A stretch of 64,000 bases of DNA, taken from NCBI RefSeq assembly GCF_009914755.1, contig NC_060934.1; one strand, 5' to 3'. The notes under the pieces were generated by a model. It saw nothing but the letters and a program-made list of their open reading frames with translations. It had not been told where the DNA came from and did no database searches. Below are positions 29,763 to 43,959 of this stretch, in pieces (within the stretch, counting starts at the first letter, position 1; every line of letters starts with the position of its first letter). The stretch is from the human T2T-CHM13v2.0 reference genome, Homo sapiens. A program made the translations under genes and the position numbers.

Positions 29763-31099
29763 CATTTTCAAACTCCATCAAAATAAATCAACTCTATCAC
29801 ACAGTATAGCCAATTAAACACATATCCTTACTGCGCATTATTGTTTTGAACAGATAAGCAAATGCTTCAATGCAAATCCTAAGCAAAAGCTATCTGAACA
29901 AAGGAAATAATCATCTCCCAAGACAAAAGTAAGATGCTCAGTTGAACCTGCTTCCTTTTGCCATTCCCTATCAGATGTATATGACGTCGATGCTTTATTG
30001 TAAAAATTTCATTTTACACCTCACCTTCAGTAGAGTGGAGATGAGCTAGGAGCAATCTGTGCACTCCCCTCTCAATATAGCAATTAGAAAATATTAATTA
30101 AGACTAAACACACAACATATCTCATCAATCATGGTTTCTTCAAGTTAGAGTTAAAATTCAGCACGTGAAAAGGTACCCTTAAAGAAGGGTCCCTTTTTAA
30201 TGAGGATTACAGTTTCCTAGTCTAATTTCTTTTCTTTCCTTGCAATTTTATATCTCGTACTAAGTTCACCTTTCTCAAAAAGAGCATTTATTATTTCAGT
30301 ACTCCTTATTGCTTTGACCCAATTCTGGTTTGTTTACCTTTGCTTTCTGCCTCATTTCATCACGTACCATGGGCCTCCTTGTCTATGTAACAACCAGTAA
30401 ATTACTTTGTTAGCTGTGTTTATATAGAGTATCAAAGTCACCAAACACATCACATTTCAGAAATTATCTTGGGCAATGACAATAATTATCACACAGGCTA
30501 TTTATCCTCTGAATGATTTTCAATGGTTGAGAGCCTTTTTAGCAACCATTCTTAACTGTAAAATATTCTAAGAATCATTTTACCCAAAGTATTTTAAATT
30601 CATTGAATGTAGGAATTAGCCTAGTACAAATAGCATGTTTAGAATGTATTTGGTGTTTCAAATAGCCACCTATTCTCACTGCAGTGGTGAAGCCAGCCCA
30701 AGCAATTTTACCAAATTTAAACACAGTTCCATGAAATACTATTTGATCACTCAAAAGATATCTAGGTTTTGTGCTAGTATTGAGTATATAGTGATGATTA
30801 TAATACAGTTTCTTCCTTTAAGGATTCTTCATTTTCTTTCAGAATGGGCAAGTTTAGTTTATCTGTTACAGAGTAAAGAAATCAAATAGGAAATGCACCA
30901 TTGTATAGCATTTCAATATTGTGTGCTATAATTAGGATATCTGGAGCCCCAGGAGAGCCAGATGGATAGATGGGTCTGAGGCACGTCAGATAATTCTTCG
31001 TGGAAGGAACAGCACCTAAGGTGTGAGTTATAGGAATCCATATTTGAGTCGGATGAGAGAACGTATGGATTTTGTTGGCTAAGGGTAAAGACTGTGGTG

Positions 31100-31290
31100 C
31101 CAAAGCATGTATTCTGGCTTGGCTATTAAGTAACTACATGAAATTAGGTAAGTGACATAAGAATTGTAGTACCTGCTTCACGAAGCTGTTTTGAGAATTA
31201 CATGAGTTAATATATTAATATGTAATGTGCTTAAATTGAATGAGGCACGTATAAATTCGCCATAAGTGCTAGTGTCACCATCATCATCAT
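31100..31290 (+). mobile_element. MIR fragment
   Basis: 'gtacctgcttcac..gctgttttgagaattacatgagttaat'. Confidence 0.6.
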
Positions 31291-34054
31291 CACATCCTTT
31301 TCATATCAGGCTACTGCTATAACAAAATAGATCCCAAAAAAACATAATCCAGGAAGTTTATCTCCTATCCATTTTACAGCAGCTGTCATGTAAACAGATT
31401 GGTAGGGCGGCTTTTCTATTGAATTTACTCAGGGACCCAGGCCTTCAATCCCTGGCCTTCAAGGTCTATCCCACTGATCATGACTTTTCCATCCACGTGG
31501 AGAGGTACAGAACATGGGGAACAGTGTGGGGAAGTCTGTATGGACTCACCTGGATGTGTGCACATTACTTCTACTCACATTCCATGGGTTAGAACTCAGC
31601 CTCATGATCTCACCTAGTAGCAAAAGGAGCTGATAAAGTGCCTGTGTGAGCAGCCACAGCCCAGAAACAAGCATGTGCTATAGAAACGTGACCACAGGAC
31701 CCAAAATAGCCATCCTTCTCCACCATGTGGCTGAGGAGGGACAAGTGCGTGAAAGAAGATGGTGTGCATCTCCAGACCACACATGGATGCTTATCGTGAG
31801 ATTGCTCATGAGTCAGGAGTAGAGAATGATAAATTAGGAGGCAAAGAAAGAAGCTAGTGTGTGAATTTTTAATCCTGTTTAGTGTGTCTGATATGTTGCG
31901 GAGAAATCTCACAGAAAATGTACAATAAGTGTTTAGATCTCAGCAAAAGGAACAGGTTGTGGTTGTAGACATGGGGCCATCAGCCTCCAGATAGCAGTTA
32001 AAATCAAGTGGGACTACCAAGGAAAATGAGTTGGAGTCACAGTTTGTTTTTCTAGCAGTTGAAAGTCTGGACTGGAAAAGGAACCAAGAGAGGAGAAGGA
32101 AGGTTGAGACATTGACAGGGTGCCAGGAATATCATGCCAAAGAGCTTAAGGAATTGACGTTTCAAAGTGGAAGGCATTTTCGGCATATCAGCAGTAGCAG
32201 TAAATCCAGAATGGGAGGGGTTGACATTTATTTTAAAATGGTAATTAGGACATCATTAGATATCTATGCAAGGGTTCTTTTAGTGCAGTAGTAGAAATTG
32301 CTAAGAGGCAAGGAGTGAGTGATGACTTCTGAATCACTGAAGCACTGAAAATGCTTCTTGTTGCATAAGACCATAGTGGTCCTTGTCGGGTGTACCAGTT
32401 CTGAGTTTTTGTTCTTGTGTTGCTTTAATTTCTTGTTATCTCTTCTTCCTTCTTTCTAGGCCTTCTAAACAGGCTTTTTTTTGGCGGTTGGGGGGGATTG
32501 GGTCTGAAACTGTAAACCAGTGATTTGAAGTAGGCATAACCTAGGGTTCAGCAATCAATTGTTCTAAAATTATATGAAGAATTCATTTTAAAAAACTGAA
32601 TATTTAAAATATATCCATGCACAAAATATTAAAGATAAAATGAGTTTCATGTCAGAAAAGAGAGCTTGGTATATATATATACTTTTCTTTCAACCAAGTA
32701 TACATACAGTTTATGAAGTCATCTTTTTATTTAAAATATGAAAATTCAAACTTCAGGAAATACTCCTTTCAGCATGCACCTTGCCTCTGTGTATTGCCAG
32801 TGAAATCACATTTTAAAATATTTTTCTAAACTGTTTCTGTGCACTAATACATGGTCCAGTAACTCTGATAACACCTCTGATAATTTTGATGCAAACTGAA
32901 GTTTGCTGTCACTGAGATCACTAAGGTTACAGTTTCAGACGTGTTGCTATTAATTGCCTGATATGTGCATTGACCTTTAAACCTAATTCTTTTGAACTTA
33001 AGATAGACTTAAATTATCATGGTGAATCGAAAATATTCTATTATGTGTATGTTCTAGATATTTGAAAATACTGGTCATGTAATATCAAATCATTGGCAGT
33101 GCTGAGATGTCCTTTTATTTGCAAACTTGCCTCTGATAGTTCCTTCTAGAATAAGAGAGCAACCAAGTGAAATAAGTAGTTCATCTGTGAAGAGACATTT
33201 GGGTGCATAATCTTCCCAAATTATATGTCCCCTTTATTTTCTCAGATGTTGTTCTTCCTTTATGTAAATATGAATCTTCTAGTCATATTTATTTGTAATA
33301 GGTTGCCAAACTTGCTTGATAAGGAAACTGAGAAGAATGGAATTTTATAAATAAGGAAACTCAAAAAGGAATTGATCCCTTTCTATTGAGTGTCTGGCCT
33401 ATTATTCTACTTGGTTAAATGACCAGCTAGCGTGGTAGGTAATTCGAAAGGTCATCAACAATTTATATTAACACGCCAGTACAAGCTGGGGCTGCTTTTA
33501 TTGTCTTCTGATAGCAATTCATAAATATATTCAATTATAGCACTAAATATACTGTTTTACTAATAACTTTTCATCACTGGATCATAAATTCCTCGAAGGT
33601 GAGAGCTATCTCAATATTTTCCATCGTGTCTGATAGTTGCTCAATACATGTTTCTGGCATGAATAAATGGAAGGTTCTAAATTGTTGGCATCACTAGATG
33701 TAAACACACTGTACTTTGTATGAGAAAGTGATTATTCTTATTATTCTCGTTTAGAAATCACATTAAATGACTTATCAAAGATTACAACTTTTATAAGAAC
33801 TGGGGTTCAAATCATTATCTTGGTCTACATATTTGCACTGCTCAATAGCAATCAGTGTTTACTCTCCAGAATTACCAGGTCTAACTAGGGGTTAACTTTT
33901 GCTTGCAAATTAAAAACTTTTGAAACATGCCTACCATAAAAACTGTCCAAAGATAATTTATCAACAAGTTAAAAAAGATAGATGACAAGGAAAATTCATG
34001 TATTAAAAAGCTAAAAAAAAGTCAAACAAAAAACCAGTTTTATTAGAAAATTTT

Positions 34055-34295
34055 CTGGGAGTCCTAGCCAGAGCAATGAGGGAAGAGAAAGAAATAAAAG
34101 GCATCCAAATAGGGTAAGAAGTCAAACTATCTCTCTTCGCTTATGATAGGATTCTATACTGAGAAAGCCCAAAAGACTCTTCCAGAAGGCCCCTGTAACT
34201 GATCCACAACAATGTGCAAAAAATAGTAGCATTTCTATACACTAATAAGGTTCAAGCTGAGACCTAAGTAAAGAGCACAATCCCATTTACAATAG

Positions 34296-34345
<50 letters not shown>

Positions 34346-35940
34346 ACAAAGCAAAAAATACTTAGGAATACATCTAACCAAGGAGGTGAAAGATATCTGC
34401 AAGAAGAACTATAAAATCCTTCTGAAAGTAATTATAAATAACACAAAAAATGTAAAAACATTCCATGTTCATGGGTTGGAAGAATCAGTATCATTAAAAT
34501 GGCCATACTGCCCAAATCAGTCAGCAGATTCAATGCTATTCCTATCAAAAAATTAATATCATTTTTCACAAAATTAGAAAACACTATCCTAAAATCCATA
34601 TGGAACCATAAAAGAGCCCAAATAGCCAGAGTAATCCTGAGCACAAAGAACAAAGCTAGAGTCATCACATTACATGACTTCAAACTGTATTATAAGGCTA
34701 CATTAACCAAAACAGCATGGTACTGGTACAAAAAATAGACACATAGACCAATGGAACAGAACCCAAAAATAAGGCCACACACATTTTACAAAAATTAACT
34801 CAAAATGGATTAAAGATTTAATGGAAGACCTGAAACTATACGAATCCTAGAAAAAAAAAAACCTAGGAAACACCATTTTTGACAATGACCTTGGGAAATA
34901 ATTTATGACTAAGTCCTCAAAAGCAATTGCAACAAAAACAGAAATTGACAAATGGAGCCTAATTAAAGAGCTTCTGCACAGCAAAAGAAACTATCAACAG
35001 AGTCAACGGACAATTTACAGAATGACAGAAAACATTCATACTGTGCATGCAACAAAGGTCTAATATTCAGAATCTATAAGCAACTGAAGTTGATAAGCAA
35101 AAAAACCCATTAAAAAGTGGGCAAAGGACGTGAACAGACACTTCTCAAAAGAAGACATACATATGGTCAACGAACATGAAAAATGTTCCACATCACCAGT
35201 CTTCAGAGAAATGCAAATTAAAGCCACAATGAGATACCATTTCACATCAGTCAGAATGGTTACTATTAGAAAGCCAAAAAATAACAGATGCTGGTGAGGT
35301 AATGCTTATACACTGCTGGTGGAAATATAAATTTGCTCAGCCACTGTAGAAAGCAGTTTGGAGATTTCTCAAAGAACTTAGAACTAACATTCAACTCAGC
35401 AATCCCATTACTGGATATATATTCAAAAGAAAAGAAATATTTCTGCTAAAAAAAAGATGCGTGAATGCATATGCTCTTCATAGCACCATTCTCAATAGCA
35501 AGGACATGGAATCAACCTAGGTGCCCATCAACAGTGGATTGAATAAAGAAAATGTACATATTATACACTATGGAATGCTACACAGCCATAAAAAGGAATG
35601 ATATATCCTTTGCAGCAACATGGATGTAGCTGAAGGCCATTATTCTAAGTGAATTAACACAGGAACAGAAAACCAAATACCACATCTTCTCACTTAACAT
35701 GAGGCCTAAACCTTGGGTGCTCATGGACATAAAGATGGCAACAATAAACACTGGGAACTACTGACAAGAGAAGAGAGGGAGGAGGGCAAAGATTGACATG
35801 CTAACTTTTGTGACAAGCTCACTACCTAGGTGACAGGATTATTTGTATCTCAAATCTCAGCATCACACAATATATCCATGAGACAAACCTGTGCCATGTG
35901 CCCTGTGAATCTAAAATAAAATTGAAATTATAAAAATAAG
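34055..35940 (+). mobile_element. 5'-truncated L1PB (ORF2 3' part and 3' UTR), containing (CA)n at ~34298-34347
   Basis: ORF2 peptide MAILPK...RFNAIPIK...[17 protein letters not shown]; ends 'atctaaaataaaattgaaatt'. Confidence 0.92.
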
Positions 35941-36319
35941 AAAAGTTTTCTAGCTACTAAAATGCATTTTAATATTTCTGTTTTAATTAATGCACCCAGA
36001 TGTTCATACATATTTACTTGTATGTGAACATGAAAAAGAGAGTGCATGTGTCAGTTTTCAGTTTTTTTAAAGAATAAATTTACTATTAGACAATATGCAA
36101 TTAGCATAAAGCTCATCTTAAATAAGGAGTATTATTTGCAGAAAATTGATTTATGGGGTTTTCTTGTTATTTTTATAATTCATAACAAAATAGCAACAGT
36201 TTTTTAAAAGATTAATTTTATATTACAAATTGGACTACAGAAAAATTAATGAAACCATATAATATGCTTCCCACTCACTGGAAACATTTGAAAATACTTT
36301 TTAAAAGCATAATAATATA

Positions 36320-37004
36320 TGTTGGCACAGATATTGTTAAAAGGGAACATTTATACACCACTGATGGAAATGTAAACTAATACAACCTCTATGGAAAACA
36401 ATGTGGAGATTTCTTAAAGTACTAAAGGTAGATGTACCATTTGATCCAGCAATCCCATTACTGGGTATCTACCCAAAGGAAAAGTAGGCATTATTTACAA
36501 AAGGTACCTCCATGTGTATGTTTATCAACAGCACAATTCACAATTGCAAAGATATGGAATCAACCTAAGAGCTCAGCAACCCATGAGTGGATAAGGAAAA
36601 TGTGGTATATATACACCATGAAATACTACTCAGCCATACAAAATAATGAAATAAGGTCTTTTGCAGCAACTTGGATGGAACTGAAAGCCACTGTCCTAAG
36701 CGAAGTAACTCAGGAATGGAAAACCAAATACTGCATGTTCTCACTTAAAAGTTGGAGCTAAGCTATGGATATATGGAGTGGCATACAGAGTGGCATAAAG
36801 AACATTGGAAACTCAGAAAGAGGGAGGCTGAGAGAGTAGTTCGAGGGATGAAAAACTATCTGATGAGTGTAATGTATGTACTCTATTTGTATTATAGTTG
36901 CAGTAAAAGCCTAGACTTTATCGCTGTACAATTCATCATATAACCAAAACCATTTCCACCCCTAAACTTATGAAAATTAAAAATATTTTTAAAATAATAA
37001 AGAA
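36320..37004 (+). mobile_element. L1MA 3' fragment
   Basis: Peptide AQFTIAKIWNQPK...WIRKMWYIYTMKYYSAI. Confidence 0.88.
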
Positions 37005-37369
<365 letters not shown>

Positions 37370-39929
37370 TCAAAAGCCCTAAAAGAGACAAATCCATCGA
37401 TACATTTTTATACCCAATAATGGCATGTTAGGAGTCTGTCTTACATAACTACGTCCAATTATGAAGAAGCTAAACATAGTTTTGTTTAAATGTAAAATAC
37501 TGAAACAACTCTATGATGAATAATAATGGAATTATTAACTAAATTAGGGGTATATTCAGTTTTCATTATATTTTATAGATATTAGTGATTACTGTGAAAA
37601 TCAGACAAAATATTTATGATATGATAAATATAAAGGTAGAGAAAATATTGTGTATATGTTATGATTACAAGTATTTAACCTAGTTACAAAAAAATTTAAA
37701 AAGAAAAATGCGACAAAATGTTAAAGACATTGTGTAAAGGAGAGATTGTTTTTTTCTACATTATTATGTATTTAAACTCTTACTATAATAAAATATGTTT
37801 TAAAAGCTCAGAGGTTTCCATTTACTTATCACATTAAATCAAATGTCAATCTGCATTTTCAGAACCAAAAGACGTAGTTTCTCCAATACTTCACAGACCA
37901 ACATACCTTTGTAAGTCTGATCAGTTTTTTTTAACTCCTGCTCACTCATGAACATCTTTGAGTCTTTGATAGTTAAAATTCTTTGTTGTGGTCTAAGCTC
38001 CTTTCATGCCTTCAATGCATCTAGATGTTTACTTGCTTAGGACTTTTCTTAGATATGTTTCCTGACTCACTGTATTCCATGGGAAAGTTCTCTTGTACTT
38101 GGAATTTCACTAGGTCTTCCATACATATATAGCAGCCTTAGAAACCCTAATTGTTTCTTTTCAGTTGATTCCAAAGCTGAATATGTGGTTTTGTCAACTA
38201 AATACCATGGTCTTCAAAAGCAGGGATTACGCCCGTTTTAATATTCTTCATGTGGTTACATGAAAAACAAAGGTACTTAGAAATGCATGTCCATATGAAA
38301 CTTGCCGTCTGGAATCTCAGAGCATATTGAATGTCATCAGCTTAAGAAAGTAATAAAACAACAAGTGTTTCTTCATAAATATTATCTATATAATGATTAT
38401 ATCTAGTTCAGTGTAATGAACTCTGTGTACAAAACGATTTTAATCCAAATTGAAATTTATAGGATCGAGGATTTGTAAGCTCTGTTTCAAAGTAAAATGA
38501 AACTAGTTTTCAATTGATGTCACTTTCATGTTGGTGAGAGTTTATTTAAATCTACAGTAGATTAGTCCTATATAAACCTTATGTTCTTACTGGATTAAAT
38601 TTTCTTTTCTTATGGCTGCATTATTTTCCACGGCCTTCATAGGATCTTTCAGTTTCTCATGCTTTAGTTAGGTCTTTACATCTCTGTTTGTCAGTCTTTT
38701 ACTAGCAAAATAAATATTCTAGTTTTTTCATATGCCATAATCTGCTGGCCAGGTTATTTTCAACTTTTATTGTGAGCACCAATGTTCCATCCATTCTTTT
38801 ATCATCAAATATAGAATATGTGAGATATCTTTCATTTCATGTATTTGACAACCAGGTGAATAGTTTTTGCCTTTATCATTACCATTTTGGCTGAATAAAA
38901 AATATAAAATGGCTAAACACATGCAAAACAGTCTTTCATTAAAAAAATCTATCTTTTCAATTTGCTGTATTCTTAAAAAATATACGTGAGGCTGTTTTTT
39001 ATTTGTTTTTTTTTTCTTTGGACACCTAATATTTCATAGATATTCTAGTCATTGTTCAGTTTACTGCAGTTCAGAGCATCACTTTATTTCTCTTCATGGC
39101 TTTGCTATTCTATATTATGAAAGAAAATAAGCCTTATTTAGAGATGTAGCCTATTTTAACTTTTTTTTTTTTTTTTATAAAAGCCAAAGAACCAACTATT
39201 TAGAGTGACATCAAAGCACATTTCCCCTGTGGAGTAATTATATGGCTTTACATCCTATGGCATGGAAAAATAAAATAATCTCAAATGCATAGACTTGCAT
39301 ATGGAAAAAATGTCCACATACTGCCCTAGGGTTAACTGTAAATTCTCACTAGTGTTAATTAAAATTTTGTGGCAAAGTTCCTAAACTACTTGGTAAATAT
39401 GACCTTTAAGTCTTTGTCTTGTTAATGCCCATAATTGGACCATTTGCTGTTGTCTTAGATGTTCTTTCTTCAGTCTTCATATTTGTATATACCAAATTTT
39501 ACTGGTAAATTATTTTTGGATATCATACAGGTTTTAGCTTTTGTATTATGGGCATAATCCAAAGACTCTGGATATGCACTTTTAGTCAAGTCTGTAGAGT
39601 TGTGTTCTTTTTATTTGTGGAAGTACTGCCTAATTGTCAGTAAATTACCTCCACCTCGGGTACATCACCTCTGAACCTATAATCACCTATGTAACAAAGG
39701 AACTGCTGAATTTTATTTAATTTGTTGAAGTTGATAAAAAAATTGTAAACCTTTAATATAAGTCACTATGAATCTGTGAAGTATTGTCATTTGACTACAT
39801 ATCTGATGAAATAATATTTAAATATAAGAATTGCTCTAAAAATTCTATGTCAATTCACTTTTCTAAGCCCCCTTTAGATGAAAACATTGTTTCTGAAATT
39901 ATGATAACCAAGGTTTATAAAGAGCCAAC

Positions 39930-40500
39930 TATATATCAGGTTCTATGTGAGGCCCAAGAGAACACGATAAGAACTTCTGGTTCTAAGGAGCTTGGAGTCT
40001 GGGGGGACAGCCAGCCATGTATAAATAGCTCTTATATGTGATGATACTCATTGTAGTATAGGAATAAAAGGGTACTTAGGTGGCATGAAACAGAAGTGTC
40101 TCACCTGGGGCAAAGATGGCAGTGAGAAAGGCAAGACAAAAGTAGAGAGAGAGAAGTCATTTCATTGAATCATAAGTTTGGGCAGCGGGCACCTGGGGCT
40201 CTGGAGGGAATAGTCAGGGCAGACAGGAAGTAGCATCTGTGAATGCATGAAAAAACGAAGAGCAAGGGACAGATTTGTGAAACCTTCAGTCATAGGATAT
40301 AGAACAATTGCAGGTACTTGAGAGTCACAGAAAATGAGACTGGAAAACTAAGCTGGAACCAAGGACAAAGGATTTTTAATGTCTTTATTAGGGGGTTTGG
40401 ATTTATGTACTAGGTAATGATCAGCCTCGGTCCCCACCTGTACAACGATGGAAAGGTGTGTGGCCATGCAAAGAAGTCAAATGTCATGAATGACCTTCCT
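39930..40500. mobile_element. Degenerate L2-like fragments
   Basis: 'caactatatatcaggttctatgtgaggc...aaggagcttggagtctgggg' and a purine-rich L2-like body. Confidence 0.45.
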
Positions 40501-40596
40501 GCAGAGTTAGGATTTTTGTTAAGAATACTTTGCATTTTCTAAGAAGTAGTTTGGGTTATTACATGGGTTATTAAGATCCCGTGTACTGAAAAAATT

Positions 40597-40870
40597 TAGC
40601 GGGGGCGGAGGAGAAGGCGGGCTCCCAATCCGGTTCTATCCGGTTCTCCCACCATCCCCCGCCAGGGGTCTCAGCAGCTCGGAGGGTGGAGGGGCGGCAG
40701 CGCCAGGCACCGCGCACGCGCCTTTCCGGAGCCAGAATGCCCAAGAGGAAGGTCAGCTCTGCTGAAAGGGCCGCCACAGGAAGAGCCTAACAGGAGGTCA
40801 GCGCTGTTGTCAGGTAAACCTGCTCCTGCAAAAGTGCAGGCGAAGCCGAAAAAGGCAGCAGCGAAGGATA
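40597..40870 (+). promoter_or_regulatory. Small CpG-rich patch with GC-box and CCAAT motifs (retrocopy 5' end)
   Basis: About 19 CpGs in ~270 bp by manual count; GGGGCGG twice; CCAAT at ~40625. Activity not shown. Confidence 0.35.
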
Positions 40871-41852
40871 CATCTTAAGACAAAAAAGCACAAACAAAAG
40901 GGAAAAGGAGAGCAAAGGGAAAACAGGCCTAAGTGGCTAACCACGAAAGTAAAGAAGAGTTAACTGCAGAAAACGGGGAAAGGAAAACTGAGGAGAGTCC
41001 AGCCTCTGATGAAGCAGGAGAGAAAGTAGCCAAGTCTGATTAATACTATGTACCATGTCTTATCAGTGGTCCCTGTCTCCCTTCTTGTACAATCCAGGGG
41101 AATATTTTTATCAACCATTTTGTAAATGCAAGTTGTTTAGTAGCAGCTCCAGAAACATTTTTAAGAAGGAGGGAATCCCATCTCATCCTATTTTTTAAGT
41201 GTAAATGCTTTTTTTTAAGAGGTGAAATCATTCGCTGGTTGTTTATTTTTTGGTACAACCAGAGAATAGTGTGGGATATTGAATTATGGGATGCTTTCAC
41301 TGTCTTGGTTGTCAGCTTAACATTCCATCGGTGGGGGTTAGTTTTTATATCCTATAATACAAAGCATATTCAATGGCAATATGGAGTCACAATCTTGCAT
41401 CTAACGTCTTTAGCATTTTAAATTACTTCTATTCCCATGTTGTTTTGTAGTAGAATTGTTTCCTAAAGAAAACTACTCCTTGATCGTGGCTCTGCTGTCA
41501 GAATTGTGGGCACTGTGTAGCCTCTTTGGTTGTGATAGTCCTATTTTCCTAATAACTTTGTTACTGTGCTGTGAAAGGTCAAAAATTTGCATATGTAGCA
41601 TACATGCTATTCAGTTGTGAATTGGTGGGATGTAGGTAACAGCTTATCAACATGTGAAGATACTGGTACTTGATAGCCTCTTAAGGAAAATTTGCTTCCA
41701 AATTTTAAGCTGGAAAGTCACTGGAATCACTTTAAAAAAGAATTACAATATATAGGTTTTTAGATTTTTGGTACATGTGTTAGGAATTGTGTACATATTG
41801 AAATGTCTGTACTGATCCTCAACCAATACAATGTCAGTTATGAAAGAAAAAA
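40597..41852 (+). pseudogene. HMGN1 (HMG-14) processed pseudogene (possibly HMGN1P20, recalled and unverified)
   Basis: Intronless copy with 5' UTR, CDS remnant from ATG 40737 to TAA 41041-41043 (MPKRKVSSAE...KPAPAKVQAKPKKAAAKD...ENGE.KTEESPASDEAGEK.AKSD) and 3' UTR ending AATACA plus an A-tract. One-base insertion at ~40777; in-frame TAA at 40876-40878 and 40930-40932. Candidate TSD GAAAAAAT at 40588-40595 and 41846-41853. Confidence 0.95.
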
Positions 41853-42141
41853 TATCTTTTTATCTTTTTTTCCTTTGTCCATTTAAAATGTTTGATTTTT
41901 CTATCTAAATTAGGTTGTGATGTGCCACTGAAATAGGCAATGTTGGCAACACAATGTCTGTTACAATAAAATACATTAGACATTTAAATAATCTTAAAAA
42001 CCATGTGAAGGGACATAAACCCGGTCGATTAAATCTGGAACAATGTTTTCTGCACAAGCGAGTACAGGCATACCTCTCGTTAAAACTGATGTAAACAGTC
42101 ATACCTCTGTTTAAAACTGATGTAAACAGAAGAAGCCAAGT

Positions 42142-42221
42142 GGGGCGGGGGTGGGGGGGCAGGGTTATGGGGGTGAGGGTAGAGTGGGGGTACGGTGAAG
42201 GGAGGCTGAGGTGGGTGGGGG
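42142..42221 (+). other. G-rich tract, potential G-quadruplex
   Basis: Ten runs of 3 or more G within 80 nt. Confidence 0.75.
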
Positions 42222-42758
42222 AAATGGCAAACCAAAACAACACTAACTGAGGTAGCAGGACTCTGCTCAGTGCAGAAAAATTGGCTTATGAATAAAAATT
42301 AGACTGTGATATCAAATTAAATTCAGATCATCACGCAAAAGACACAATACATGCTATTTAGTTTTAGAAAAAACACACATTCATTTCCTGAAGTCTGCTG
42401 CCAATTAATTTTCTGACAATGTCTGCTGGCTTGACTATTTTTTTATACGAGGATGAGTATTAAACACTGTCCATACTTTTTCATCTACAAAAAATTTGCA
42501 TAAAATAGTGTTAGTTCTCTGTACTTGTCAATGGACACTTTAATTATGTGTATAAAAAAGGAAAATTTTGCCCCATGGGAATCAGAAAAAGCAAAATAAA
42601 ATTTAGAGTATGAAACCTCCACCAGCCAGTATGTTTATGTGAAAATTCAGCAGAAATAGACAGTTGCTTTAACCAATAAAGTTAACATCTTCTTTATGTA
42701 AAATTTTCAGTCAAGACAGGAACATATCATTAAAATTAGTGTCTTTGCTATAGACTCA

Positions 42759-42971
<213 letters not shown>

Positions 42972-43037
42972 CTATATAACTTGCTGAACCATTGAAGGTG
43001 GGACTGAGAAAGAGGAAGTTGGGGAAGTCCATCTTAG

Positions 43038-43340
<303 letters not shown>

Positions 43341-43959
43341 TAAGTAGAGTTAGATATTGGTGTTGATGATGGAGAAGAAATATTATTTTCATGCACTAGA
43401 GTAGATTTAGAATAGCCCAAATATTTCCCCAAATTTGTATACAAGTATCAAATACAAATACAAATGACAGTACTTTCATATTCTTTACCCCATACTGAGA
43501 ACAGTAACAAGTCTATAGAAAATCATTTTACCAAAAAATAATCCCATTCTGTAATTAGGCACACTGTGTGTAGGGTTAGAATTAAAGTTTCTAGGAACTG
43601 CAGTAGCAATCTGCCTTTCTTTATTGGTCGTTTTTTTTTTTCTATTTTTTTTTCCAAAAAATTGTTGATTTTGTATATGCAGCTGAAAATGATCACTTTT
43701 AATAAATACCAGTTTAGTAATTAATTTTATCAATTACATTGCACTGGAGAAAGAGGACTGGTTGGGCTCCATTGTATTTTTATTCAAGCTTTAATTCAAG
43801 CAATGTTTAAAAACATATATAAAACTAAGTATATAATTTTAAAATATGAGCAGATATTTAAATTCAAAGGATCTTTTTTCCATATATTGTACTGGAAAAA
43901 AAGGATATTTTTTCCATTTATCTTATCTTTCCTAGAGAATATTGATACCATACCAGCTA

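Noticed and set aside
40571-40777. Antisense ORF over the GC-rich patch
   Set aside because: By-product of GC content on the reverse strand of the HMGN1 retrocopy.
40737-41043. Functional HMGN1 retrogene
   Set aside because: A frameshift gives a stop after 17 codons, there are two further nonsense codons, and the RRSARLSA core is altered to RRSALLSG.
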